DNA of 64,000 nt, taken from NCBI GenBank assembly GCA_024704765.1, contig JAKMXF010000321.1, forward strand, positions 372,001 to 436,000, written 5' to 3'. How positions within the stretch are numbered: the first letter of the stretch is position 1; the number at the start of each line of letters is the position of its first letter. The translations under genes and the position numbers were made by a program. Source of the stretch: Oopsacas minuta (lineage: Eukaryota > Animalia > Porifera). Below the pieces are notes generated by a model. That model made no database searches. It was not told the origin of the DNA and saw only the letters and a list, made by a program, of their open reading frames with translations. Below are positions 33,124-44,339 of this stretch, one piece after another.

Positions 33124-36100
33124 TTAAACATCAACACTGTTAGATTTTGCAAAACAATCTCCACAAACTCGAACAGGGGAATGATAGTCTAATTGAGGTA
33201 GGACACAACTCTTATTGCTACATCGCCCGCATATAATCTGTCCACAAGCTCTGCAGTGATGTTTTCTACGTATTGTAGTGAATACTAAGCCACATTTTTG
33301 ACATTTGTTTATTGTCTTATCATCCTCCCATACAACACCTTTGTTAGGAACAGGCTGAGGATTGGATTGAGAGATCTCTTCAGTTACATAGCCTGAATTC
33401 CATTGGGTAGGATCGTACCTACAATATGAAAGAAATATAAAGTAAACTCCGGTGATATCGAAGCTCAAGGGACCGCAATAATTACTTCAATATATAATTA
33501 CACCGATTTGTGTTACTTTGATGGTTTTTGTAGTGGCCTTAAGGGATGCAAACGGGATATTTACTCCCGTTTGGAAAATCCTGGCCCTTTAGGTCTGCCA
33601 GATCCTGGGGCCGGGCCCCGTCCTAGTACTCACCTGAAAAAGTACTCTTCCCATAGCTTAATTACCTTCAAAGAACAAACAGGTTTAAGTACATTCTCTC
33701 TCTTCTCATAATCCCAATTAATTATACTGTCCACATCAGCTAACACACAATCCCAAATACTTAAAGTTTCTTCTCTAATCTTAGAATTTTCATGTTGTGT
33801 GTTCCTAAGGAAACTCCCAAACCATCTTGAGTATGCATTATCTGCTATGTGTAAGAGGAATAACGAATTAAACTCAAATGCACTAGGATATTGTCTTGTC
33901 AGTTGCCATACACAGTCTAGGAACTGAAGAAATATAGGAGAACGTTCGTTAGGAAGGGAAGGGTAACCTATTGGATTAGAGACTGATTAACAATATGGAC
34001 AATGACGTAATAACTGTAGATCAGCATACTTACTCAGAAGTTTAACAGAGTTTAAAATGTTAATATTATGTAAAGACATGTAATTAATAACCTATTTAAC
34101 TAAACTCGCCTAATCTATCCTCAAATTTGTGCCCAAATGAAAGCCATTCCTTCTCAATTAAAATAACAAACCCATCAACAGTCCTATAGAACGGATCCAT
34201 CAGTATTTGACACATACTAGTCAGCTGTGTAGTTCTATCCCACCCGTCACTACAGTGTATCAAAACAGAGCTATTCTTAACACTCATTTCGTATACAATT
34301 CCATTAGCACTCTTCAACAACAGAACTATGTAGTTAAGCCATTGTGTATTCTCTAACTGTGATAGCCATTTACTGCCATCTGGCATGAAACAAGTCTGAT
34401 ACAGTTTATCAATACTTTCTCTCATTGTATGTATATTAGGAATATCTAGATAATCTAATGTACAGTTCTTGTAACGAGTAACGTCTTCTGTTCCTTTACC
34501 CATAAGTTTGTTACCACCTGCTGCCATAGAGGAGCGAGCATCGTATATGTGGAGCTTGTCATCCATTTTCCTAGCGGTACTACAGAGATGTAAAGTATTA
34601 AATAGGTTTGTAAATGATTGTGATTTTCAGAGTTATGGGGACTTGAAGTAATTAATTGGGATCTTTTCGAAATAATTTTTCGGCCGTTGTCTATACAGTC
34701 AACTTCCGTTATATGGAACACATATATACATATATATCGAAGTCTGAAATTGTACAAATAGGGTCCCAAACCGCCAAATAACATCAATTAAACCAGTAGT
34801 ATCAAAGTAATTATTGCGGTCCCTTGAGCTTCGATATAACGGGAGGTGATTGTATATAATTTCCTACGCTACAGTACATCTATATTAATAATTACCATGC
34901 AGTTTGCACTAGAATCTCATCACCAGCAGAAGTATGTGACATAAAACCAGGCAATGGCTGAGCAGACCTCAATATGAAATTTCCTTGTTTACTGTTATAC
35001 CACACAAGTGTGGGTACTCTCTGCTTACTACGGAATTGAGATGACTGCTCTATTAACTCAAAGTCAATACCAGAAGGCATTATGAGTAGAGACGGATATG
35101 TAGGACATAGTTTGTAATCTGAGTTTCCTTCAAATATGTAAAACTTGTCTATAGGTATCTCAAATCGTTTGAGTTCTTTCCTGACGTCATATAAGTTCCA
35201 ACCCTTACACTTACTTATCTTATTCTTCAGGTCGCTAGGCAACAGTTTGAGATATTGGAATGCAGCAGGATTATCGGCGTGGTTAAACACATGAAACTCT
35301 AAACGTGACTTCAGTACATCTAGATCTGAGCTACAAACTGGGATTTTAGCGGGCAAGTTTGGATAGAAGAACTTTAGAAGTTGTGAGGGAGGCTCCATAC
35401 GAGGGCTAGCGATTTTCTTCATATATCTAAAAGACGAATACTACAGTATAACCTATAACCATATATTAATATAGAATGTATTGTATCAAAGAGTATTTTC
35501 TTACCTCTTAAACATGTTATTACTACTATTCGCAAGGCAATTTGTAAAATTAGGATAATCAGGGAGATGCTCGTCTACACTCTCATATTGAGATTGATCG
35601 GATTCTACAAGAATAATACAGAATTAGTAATATAGATATAATCAAAATGTTCATAATATTATATAGCGGATCTCTTACAAACATTTTCAATCTATATTAA
35701 ATTCCAACACTAGACCATTGGTTCACAATTTGGGGGTCCATGTACCTGTTGGTGGTCCATGGACGACAACGGTACACAGGATCTCAAAATGTATATTACA
35801 GTCTATGGGAGGGGGTCCACATAAAGTGTTAAAATTGGTGAAAAGGTTATGAACTTATAAACTTGACATACAACTTACAACCTGAAGTGATTTCATTCCT
35901 TTCAGCCAGCTGACTGTACCAAATAGCTCGTTTACGTTTATGAGGTTCAATCTCTTTCCTAGCAGCACTCTCATCAGCAATAGAAGAATAGTTACTGACA
36001 TAATCAGCATTTTCACCTGAGTCATTATTCACGTATTTAGACTCATTAGCAGTACAAATATTATCTATAAGAACGTATGGGGATTGGTGTTGAGGATCAA

Positions 36101-37633
36101 CTGGAGAGACCAGGGACATGTTGAGCTGGGTCGGGTCTGGCACCTTTGTCACTCCAAAGTTAGTCAAGCAAATTGAACGGAAATCATAACACCTGATAAT
36201 TATATAGAATAAAAGTATTTGTACAGTATAACCTCCGAGATGCGGGTACTATTTATGAATTACAGTCAACTCCCGTCATATCGAACACGGATATATCGAA
36301 TACTCGAATGCACAAATATGGCCCTAAACCGTCGAAGTAAAATACATTATATCGGTTATATAGAAATCCGTTTATATCAAGGAAATTTTCGCGTTTCCTT
36401 GAGCTTTTATATAACGGATCTCGAAGGTTCTACTGTACCAGCTACCAATAAATAAATACATCCATGGTTCAGTAATATAATACCTAATTAGAAGTGTCTC
36501 TTTTTTATCTCTATCAAATCCTGAGAAAAATACCGTCTTATTGTCACTCTTGATACCCTCAACACTCCATAACACTCCCAGAGGAATATCCATGGTTATA
36601 TTATTCTCATTTTCAACACAGAGATCTCTATGAGATCTGTGTAGGATTATTAGACGGAAATTGGTAAGAATTACAGTTGCAATAGCACGTACAGATTCTT
36701 TTATCTCTCCTTCTGATCTAAATACAATCGTTTGTAATTCGTATAATAGCTTAATTACAGAAGAACAGGGATCAGATGTATCAGTTCGTGTAACAAAATT
36801 AGCACGTACTATCGAGTGTAAGTATTATCCTAATAGAAAAATATGCTAAAGTGAATGGATATTCTGAATTAAGAATTATTACCTAATTTCCACAAGTATG
36901 TTATCAAGGTATAACTCTACTCGCTCAGCTGCTCCTGGGAAGTGTACCTGGTCCTCAAGGAGACATCTGACAGACAGCTGGAGACCAGCAGATAAAGTCT
37001 TGTTATATATCCACTTATGTAAGGGCCAGCTCGATGGAAGAGAGGGACAATCCAAATTGATGCTTACCTGCAAAAAGTAACAATATAACCATGGATATGT
37101 TAATATACAGTCAAAATACAGTAGACGTTTTAAAGTGAAATAAATACGATATTCGACGTTAATACTCATAGCAATAACTAAAGTGAATACTCACATACAC
37201 AGCACCTTGAGCCTTGTCATTACTCCTCCGTCCTAGTTTATACTTCTTAGATGCTATCTTAGATTCTCCCATACAAGCTACTGGTATCATGAAGTAACCA
37301 ATGAATTCATCTTCCTTAAGAGTGTCTTCATCCCATAAATCAAAGATTACGAAATGAGTGTGATCTGCATTCGAGTCTATAAACAATAATAATAATAATT
37401 GGATACATCGTGACCTTATAGCTTAATAGTAAATACATACCTGGGTTCCAGCATGGATGAGAAATCTCAAACTTGAATGACTCATTCCATACGGGATTAA
37501 GAGTAGTTTTAATAACAGAACTCCTGTGTTTACACTTATTACATCTAATGACACAGTATGGATCTGCTTTACCATTAACATCCATTATAGGTAAGTTAGT
37601 AGCTCTTAATAGAGTTACTGTTAATGTAGCCAT
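33124..37633 (-). CDS. Myotubularin-family PI3P phosphatase with architecture C2 - PH/GRAM-like - PTP - FYVE; exons 37633-37441, 37376-37195, 37067-36883, 36717-36484, 36192-35882, 35604-35505, 35426-34896, 34579-34110, 33967-33634, 33418-33124
   Basis: C2 (LPIMDVNGKADPYC...TLNPVWNESF...LWDED...DEFIG), TNFRL and CYDFRSI, intact catalytic HCSDGWDRT, SPIFLQFLDCVWQ, and FYVE (WEDD...RRKHHCRACG...RVC). One GC-AG intron. Confidence 0.88.
34696..34852. mobile_element. MITE family B in a myotubularin intron
   Basis: TA|CAGTCAACTTCCGTTATAT...ATATAACGGGAGGTGATTG|TA. Confidence 0.7.
36224..36435. mobile_element. Composite MITE (family B from 36263 inside an A/C-like shell)
   Basis: Outer ends CAGTATAACCTC / AAGGTTCTACTG|TA and inner TA|CAGTCAACTCCCG. 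Confidence 0.55.
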
Positions 37634-37951
37634 TTATTCTAGCTGCTAGTTAATTTGTAATTGCATAGAGTCAAACTGGAATAAAAATATACAGGAAGAT
37701 ATGAGAACCATCTTCCAGAGGATGGTCAAAATCGTTTGACTATTTACGCTAACATTACCAGAAAAACATGCGAGTATAGAGCACTGTAATCAGACAGGAA
37801 TCAAAAGGCAGATAATTATCTCATTCAACCTATAATACATACAACAACCCAGACACAATAATAAAATAGTTTCAATCCTGCGATATTTACAAAGCATATC
37901 AGAGCAATCTTATTTACTTGTTTGATTGTTGTCGTCAGTTTGTGCATTTGT

Positions 37952-40780
37952 TCATTGCTGGTGATATAACGGATACGTTAAGACAGTGTCTAAACCAGGA
38001 TTGTGTTGTTTCAGAGATTTTTTTGAATAGAATTTTACAAGATCGACCAAATTAGGAAATTCATATGGAGCAGCAAAGCCGTACTTTTCAATTCCTTTAT
38101 GGTAATTAATCTTGACATGTTTGACGTCTTTATGGTGTAGAATATCTAGAGTGTATTGGTGCTCAGCCATAGGGTCATCATGATCCTGTTTAGGATTACC
38201 AGCTTTCCTTATAAGGAATGTTCCTTCTCTTGATTCGAATAGTTTCTTTCTTGCTTCATCTCTGTCAAATGATACTAACCATTTCTGGGGTTCTTCTAAC
38301 GGATTATGTTTGGGTGGTCGTACTATAGAGTCGCGTGGTGTTGCAGTGGGATATGAGGGAGGTAAGTCATATGGTTCTTTATCTTGAAATCTGGTTTGTG
38401 AGTAGGAAGGCGAGGTCTTACTTAAAGTTCCCGGATTAGCTATAAGATACAGTAGAACTCGGATAAGACATACTCCCTCGGGAAACAAAATTAGTACATA
38501 CTAACCGAAGCAAGATTTTAACTAAACTAACTATTTCACTTTAGGAGCTACAATGTTAACCTCAATAAAAGAGGGCCTATAGAAACGAGTAACTCCTGGA
38601 AACGAAGTGAAAAAATAAATATAGGAAATTCCTATTCCCATACCAATGAGACTACACTGTATCAATGAAATAATGTAATAATAATATACCACTTGGATCC
38701 ATAGTGCTCAGTTTCTTCATAGTAACACCCCTCCCATTAACATACTGAGCCTTACCAGGAGGAGGTGGAGCTTGTCTCCTCCTCCTCTCTTCATCCTCTC
38801 TTCTCTCATAATTCAGAGCTGTGAATGTAGCGTATATAGCATCATCTTCATCTTCTTCAGCTACTGCCATGTACACGGATTCTTCGTTCTCGTAGTGGTT
38901 AACATCAGAATCTTAAAGAGATACATATTTGATATTCAGTGGTGTTGCTAAGGACAGATAAAGCCATAGTCCATGACATGGTTCCATTGGCCCCGCCTCT
39001 GACACAAATATTTTAGTATATAAATCACAAATTCAAAACTAATATACAGTCAACTCCAGTTATATGGAAGCCCAAGGGAGAACGATAAAATCTATGTTAC
39101 TTTGACGGTTTGGGACAATATTGTTCGATATAACGGGAATTGGCTGTATCATTAATACATATGGGATATATACTACAATAATATTTGTGATACATTCACT
39201 TACCATTAGATCTTGACTCAACAGCTGGAGTAACTAATCCCGATCTCTTATGCAGATCTAACATAATATCAGCTCCCTGTATACCTCTGTCCAGTAGAAG
39301 CTGGTTATAGTACAATCTGTCTCTCTGTATAGCTATTAGCTGAGGTTTCAATTGGTTGATTTGTTTCTCAAAGTCATTTACCTGAATAGAAATAATCCAT
39401 GCTAACCTGGGTTCCATGGCCAACTTGGTGGTCCACGGATGACAGTAGGGGGTCCACAGAATATGTTAAAATTGGTATAGGAGGTACATGAGTAAAAAAT
39501 GTTGGGAATGTTGAGAATCCCTGAATCATACGTTCACAGTAGAAACCGGATATTTTTAACAATATTTTCGTACAAAAATGTGCCAAAAATATTGGGTTTC
39601 TAGTCTCACAAAACGGACACTCCAAGAGGACAATCCTCTATAATGGACAAACCTCCTGGAACGGAATTCATAAAAGTAATATTTAAACAGACAGAAGTCA
39701 CGTCCCAAACGTGTCCGTTACTAACCTGGAGTATAAAGTCCCTCAATTGTTTCTGTATATGAGTAAGAGCTTGCTCCTGTATAGTAGTACGTCTACTCAA
39801 TAGTTGATAGTTATCCTCTAGCTCTTTCAGCTCCCTAACATCAGTTATCTCTGTTCTGTAGCCGTTCAGAGCTTGTATCTGATTATGCATCATTTCTATA
39901 ATTTGTTTCTGAGCTGATATTTCTATATTCGCCTTTGCTACATCATTCTTAGATGAAGAATAGTAGTTATGGATTACAGTAAAATTCTCGTTTTGAGTTT
40001 TAAATTCGAGCTCTTTTTTAGCTAAGGCATCGAATAACTTTTCTACTGATGTGTCTAGGTCAGAGGATAGTTTCTTTGAAATAGGATTCTCCAGTCTTAT
40101 GTCTAACTTCTCATTGTAGACAGCTAATGAGAATTTTTGGAAGTGAGTGATGAGTTCTGGTACTGACCTATAAAGACAACAATTAACAAACTAAATAACA
40201 AATGAGCTACAACTTATAGGTTACAGAGGTGTGTCCAGTGGTGTTTTGTCAAAAAATGAAGTGGAGGGCCCCAGTTAAAGTCAAGTCTGTTGTTAGATAA
40301 ATTGGGTGAGAACTGCCCCTAGTAAAAGAAGTATGGGGCTGTACAAAAAAAGTCATATTCCAAGAGAGTCCCTGCCAAGAAATTCCTGGATAAACCTCTG
40401 GAGCACCTTCCTAAACACCACTGGGTGTGTCACGAAATAACAAACACCATAAATTTCCAAAAGATTACAAAATATGAACAATAATCTCGCCTGTAATTGA
40501 GAGGTTCTGTGAATCCGTAGAAAGACCCGCTATGCATAATTCTAATCAACTTATTACATCCTCCCTTCTTCAAGGTTAGTGTGTACTCTCCAGGGCTAGA
40601 CGCAGCGTCTCTCACAAGGAAAGAACCGTCCGGAGCTTCTCTCATCTTCTCTTGCACCATCTCCCGTGTAATGTTACCCCAGTACCAGTCGCATTGTTCT
40701 AATCTCTCAGGTTTATGTCTCATACCGGAAGAGGCTCGTGATCGGTTATCCCCGTTTGGGATATTAGTATCTTGTGACAT
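37952..40780 (-). CDS. PIK3R: Class IA PI3K regulatory subunit, p55-like (nSH2-iSH2-cSH2); exons 40780-40491, 40167-39726, 39381-39204, 38911-38690, 38439-37952
   Basis: nSH2 WYWGNITRE...DGSFLVRDA...[18 protein letters not shown], inter-SH2 coiled coil ([15 protein letters not shown]), and cSH2 (GTFLIRK...YGFAAPY...[16 protein letters not shown]). Confidence 0.9.
39047..39146. mobile_element. MITE family B, short
   Basis: TA|CAGTCAACTCCAGTTATAT...ATATAACGGGAATTGGCTG|TA. Confidence 0.7.
40236..40423. mobile_element. hAT-type MITE with perfect TIR and TSD, in PIK3R intron 1
   Basis: 11-bp perfect TIR CAGTGGTGTTT / AAACACCACTG and perfect 8-bp TSD GGTGTGTC. Confidence 0.85.
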
Positions 40781-41355
40781 GGCTACTCACTACTAGATAC
40801 AAACAGGGCAATAACATTACTATCAACTGAAATGAATTGATTGTATGAAATAACAATATGATACAGCCATTGTTGTAATGAAAGGTGTGAAATGAAGGCG
40901 TGGCGGTCCATGTCCCGTGAAACTAACAATATTTTGTGAACAGTGGTCTCACTTCCTAAGTCAGCCTGACTATATAATACATGTGAACTATGTGGGGGCA
41001 GCTAAGTGAGTACATTCTGATTCAGGACGACTTAAAATGTGTATCATAAAGGTGAGGCTGTATGATGAAATAATGAGCTTATCGGTAAATATAATTTTTA
41101 ATAATACTTAGGTGTTACAAAAGTGTAACTTTTACAAAATATGTGCAAGCATGCTTGGTAAGAACTCTGCTAATCAACACTTTTCCACAAATTGTTAGGT
41201 GTATTCTCGGAATAGCTTGAACCTCATCCATAAGTTGTAGATTTTGTTATAAGCGACTGTAACCGAGAATACTGGCAAATTTTACTGTGAAACTGTTTAA
41301 ATAATTAACGAGAGAAATATAATTCACTTTAATCTTATAACTTCTGTTAATCCAG

Positions 41356-42288
41356 ATGTCACAATACATTGGTAGAATGGGTAAATACCGTATTCTAACA
41401 GACCGATTCATTCCAGCAACACCATTACTAGACACCAGTATTTTAACGAATCTATACAAGTTCATAATTCGACATCATGGGGGTATATTCGTGCTAACGG
41501 GTGCAGGAGTGTCCACCGAATCTGGAATTCCTGATTACCGTTCGGAGGGCGTAGGTCTGTACGCGAGGTCCACACGACGACCAATGTCTTATTCTGACTT
41601 CCTGAAAAACGAAGCTAATCGCAAACGCTACTGGGCTAGGTCTTATGTCGGCTGGTCCATATATCGGGAATATGAACCTAACTTAACGCATAAAATACTC
41701 TCACGCATGGAGAGACGAGAGAAAATGTTCCATTGGTTGGTAACACAAAATGTTGATGCATTGCATTTGAAGGCTGAATCTCTGAAGGTAACTGAACTGC
41801 ATGGGAGTTTACATCGTGTTGTATGTCTAACATGTGGTTGTATAACCTCTAGAGAAGAGGTTCAGTCCATGATTAGAGATTTGAATTTAGAATGGAGGGG
41901 AACAGCTGGTGATATGGCGCCAGATGGTGACACTACAGTCCCACAGGACGTTGTGAGTAGTTTTAAAATGCTGGATTGTCCGAGTTGCGGTGGAATACTG
42001 AAACCAGATATTGTGTTCTTTGGTGATAATGTACAAAGGCCTAAAGTTGAGTTTATTTCACAAAAATTGAGTCAATCTACAGCCCTGTTAGTGCTAGGAT
42101 CCTCCCTACAAGTATATTCGGCTTATAGACTAATTCTACAAGCTAAATCTCTACAGATCCCGATTGCAGTAGTGAATATAGGTCCTACTCGAGCAGATGG
42201 AATTATTGATATGAAAATAAGTGGAAAATGCTCTGATGTATTCAAATGGCTTGCAGAGAAATGGAATATTGATTATTTGAGTATTTGA
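41356..42288 (+). CDS. SIRT4: Class II sirtuin
   Basis: LTGAGVSTESGIPDYRSEGVGLYARS, RYWARSYVGW, VTQNVDALH, ELHG and LKPDIVFFGDNV. Confidence 0.94.
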   Translation: MSQYIGRMGKYRILTDRFIPATPLLDTSILTNLYKFIIRHHGGIFVLTGAGVSTESGIPDYRSEGVGLYARSTRRPMSYSDFLKNEANRKRYWARSYVGWSIYREYEPNLTHKILSRMERREKMFHWLVTQNVDALHLKAESLKVTELHGSLHRVVCLTCGCITSREEVQSMIRDLNLEWRGTAGDMAPDGDTTVPQDVVSSFKMLDCPSCGGILKPDIVFFGDNVQRPKVEFISQKLSQSTALLVLGSSLQVYSAYRLILQAKSLQIPIAVVNIGPTRADGIIDMKISGKCSDVFKWLAEKWNIDYLSI

Positions 42289-42551
42289 ATTATTATTGTT
42301 TTAATAAATTTTGTATTTGGATTATCATAAGGTATATCATTTCCTCTAAGTCTATTTTAAACGGCGTGTCTGGGGACAATCTTCTAACAATGAATATACT
42401 TTTACTAATTCAGTGACAGCGATATGGTCACGATTGCCTCGGCCTATTTCCCTCATAATCATGAAAACTCTTACTAAATTCGTGAAAATTCTAAAAAGTT
42501 CGCATTTACATTAGTTATATATTACACTAGTTCATTTATTAGAGCTTTCCT

Positions 42552-43853
42552 ATGGCTGAATCATCACCTCATGACCCTATGCAAGAAACTCCTGATACCT
42601 GTGATACAGATAACATAACCCCTACAGGACAAGATGACAACACGCCACTCCTCTCTGTAGCTGATAGGACACCTTCCTCAGGTTCCTCTTCCCCTGAAAA
42701 GAACTTCCAACCTACATTTGATCACCCTTACCAAGCTCTACGCTTTGGTGCAGAAATGGGTCTAAAGCTAATCCTTCCCGTATCAATATGCATGTTACTA
42801 GTCACTACAGCTGTATTATCTGTAACCTCATTCACTGATAATTCTAATAATGAATATTTCTTCTATACACCCTTCCATGAGAAAGTTAGTAATCCTGGCA
42901 TAAGGTTTGGAGAGGCTCTAGCTAATGCACTAATACTCGTAGCTGTAGTATTAGTGATGACAATTCTATTGGTTTTATTATACAAATTCCGTTGCTATAA
43001 GATTCTATATGGTTGGATGCTACTAGCTACATTCGTGATTTTATTCTTTATATCATTCTTCTATCTTTTGGATCTTTTCAAAATGTATGATGTCCCTATT
43101 GATATATTCACATTGTTCTTCATGCTGTGGAATTTCGGTTGTACAGGCATAGCTGCGATTCATTGGAAAGCTCCTCTGAAACTTCAACAAGCATACCTAA
43201 TCTTATCCAGCGCATTAGTCTCTCTCATTTTCATAAAGTATTTACCACCATGGACAGCATGGGTTATACTAATAGCTATTTCTATATATGATCTCGTAGC
43301 TGTGTTATGTCCTATAGGACCATTACGTATACTGGTTAATATAGCACGTGAGAGAGATGAACAGCTGTTCCCCGCCCTGATATACTCCTCAACGATGATT
43401 TGGATGATTGGTATGGCAGATAGAGGTCATACAGTTAGTGATAGCGAGCCTAGCGATTCTGAAGATGATATGGGTACAGTAGACATAGCAACTAATGGAC
43501 AGAATAGGAATGCGGATGGCAAACAGACAGGACCCGCGGAAACCCAAGAGAACCCATCCCTTGGAGTATTTGAAACACGCGGCCCTCAACTGGGTCTTGG
43601 TGATTTCATATTCTACAGTATTCTATTGGGTAAAGCTGCTCATGATAGTTCAGGAGATTTCAACACAATCCTAGCTTGTTACTTAGCTATTTGTGTAGGT
43701 TTATGTGCAACTCTATTATTCCTTGTAATTGTACAGAGAGCATTACCTGCTCTGCCTATATCAATTACATTCGGAGTAGTATTCTTCTTTGGAGCTAGAT
43801 TTGTTATTTCTCCGTTCTTGAATGTGTTAGGACAGAATCAAGTATTTATTTAG
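42552..43853 (+). CDS. PSEN: Presenilin, intronless
   Basis: Catalytic YD (ISIYDLVAVL) and GLGD (LGLGDFIFYS), PALP motif, and C-terminal NQVFI. Confidence 0.96.
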   Translation: MAESSPHDPMQETPDTCDTDNITPTGQDDNTPLLSVADRTPSSGSSSPEKNFQPTFDHPYQALRFGAEMGLKLILPVSICMLLVTTAVLSVTSFTDNSNNEYFFYTPFHEKVSNPGIRFGEALANALILVAVVLVMTILLVLLYKFRCYKILYGWMLLATFVILFFISFFYLLDLFKMYDVPIDIFTLFFMLWNFGCTGIAAIHWKAPLKLQQAYLILSSALVSLIFIKYLPPWTAWVILIAISIYDLVAVLCPIGPLRILVNIARERDEQLFPALIYSSTMIWMIGMADRGHTVSDSEPSDSEDDMGTVDIATNGQNRNADGKQTGPAETQENPSLGVFETRGPQLGLGDFIFYSILLGKAAHDSSGDFNTILACYLAICVGLCATLLFLVIVQRALPALPISITFGVVFFFGARFVISPFLNVLGQNQVFI

Positions 43854-44339
43854 CAATACATATATATTATTAATGATATTTATGAATTTGTGTATAACAG
43901 GTGATATATACTGTAGCTATTTTATTGTACAAGGGTCAGTATATTACAAAGTACCGCTACTGAAAAATGGCCACTTTTTTAAAATATCCCAAAAATGATT
44001 TTATTGCGTTATGCTGAGTTTATATCAATCAAATCTCTGTTAAAAATATTGGAACCCTATCTCTAATATTTTTTGAAACATTGTAGATTTTGAGGCGAAC
44101 CCTGACAAAGGGCTGAAACCCCTCTGCTATAAGTGGATTTCGCCTAATAACAAGTCGTATTTTTTGCAGGAATTTAATTTCCTTGCTATTATGCGAACTT
44201 TGCTAATAGAGGTTATTAATAGAGGTTATTTCAACTATTATATGAACTTGAAACTGATATACCTGGAAAATTGCTATTAGACAAATTGCTAATAGGCAAA
44301 CAGTCAAACACTACTGTAATCTAACTGTGTTATATAGCA

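Noticed and set aside
41030-41105. Possible SL RNA gene (AAAG|GTGAGG followed by AATTTTTA)
   Set aside because: The Sm-like site lacks the terminal G, no stem-loops are evident and only one copy is seen; too weak without a known leader sequence.
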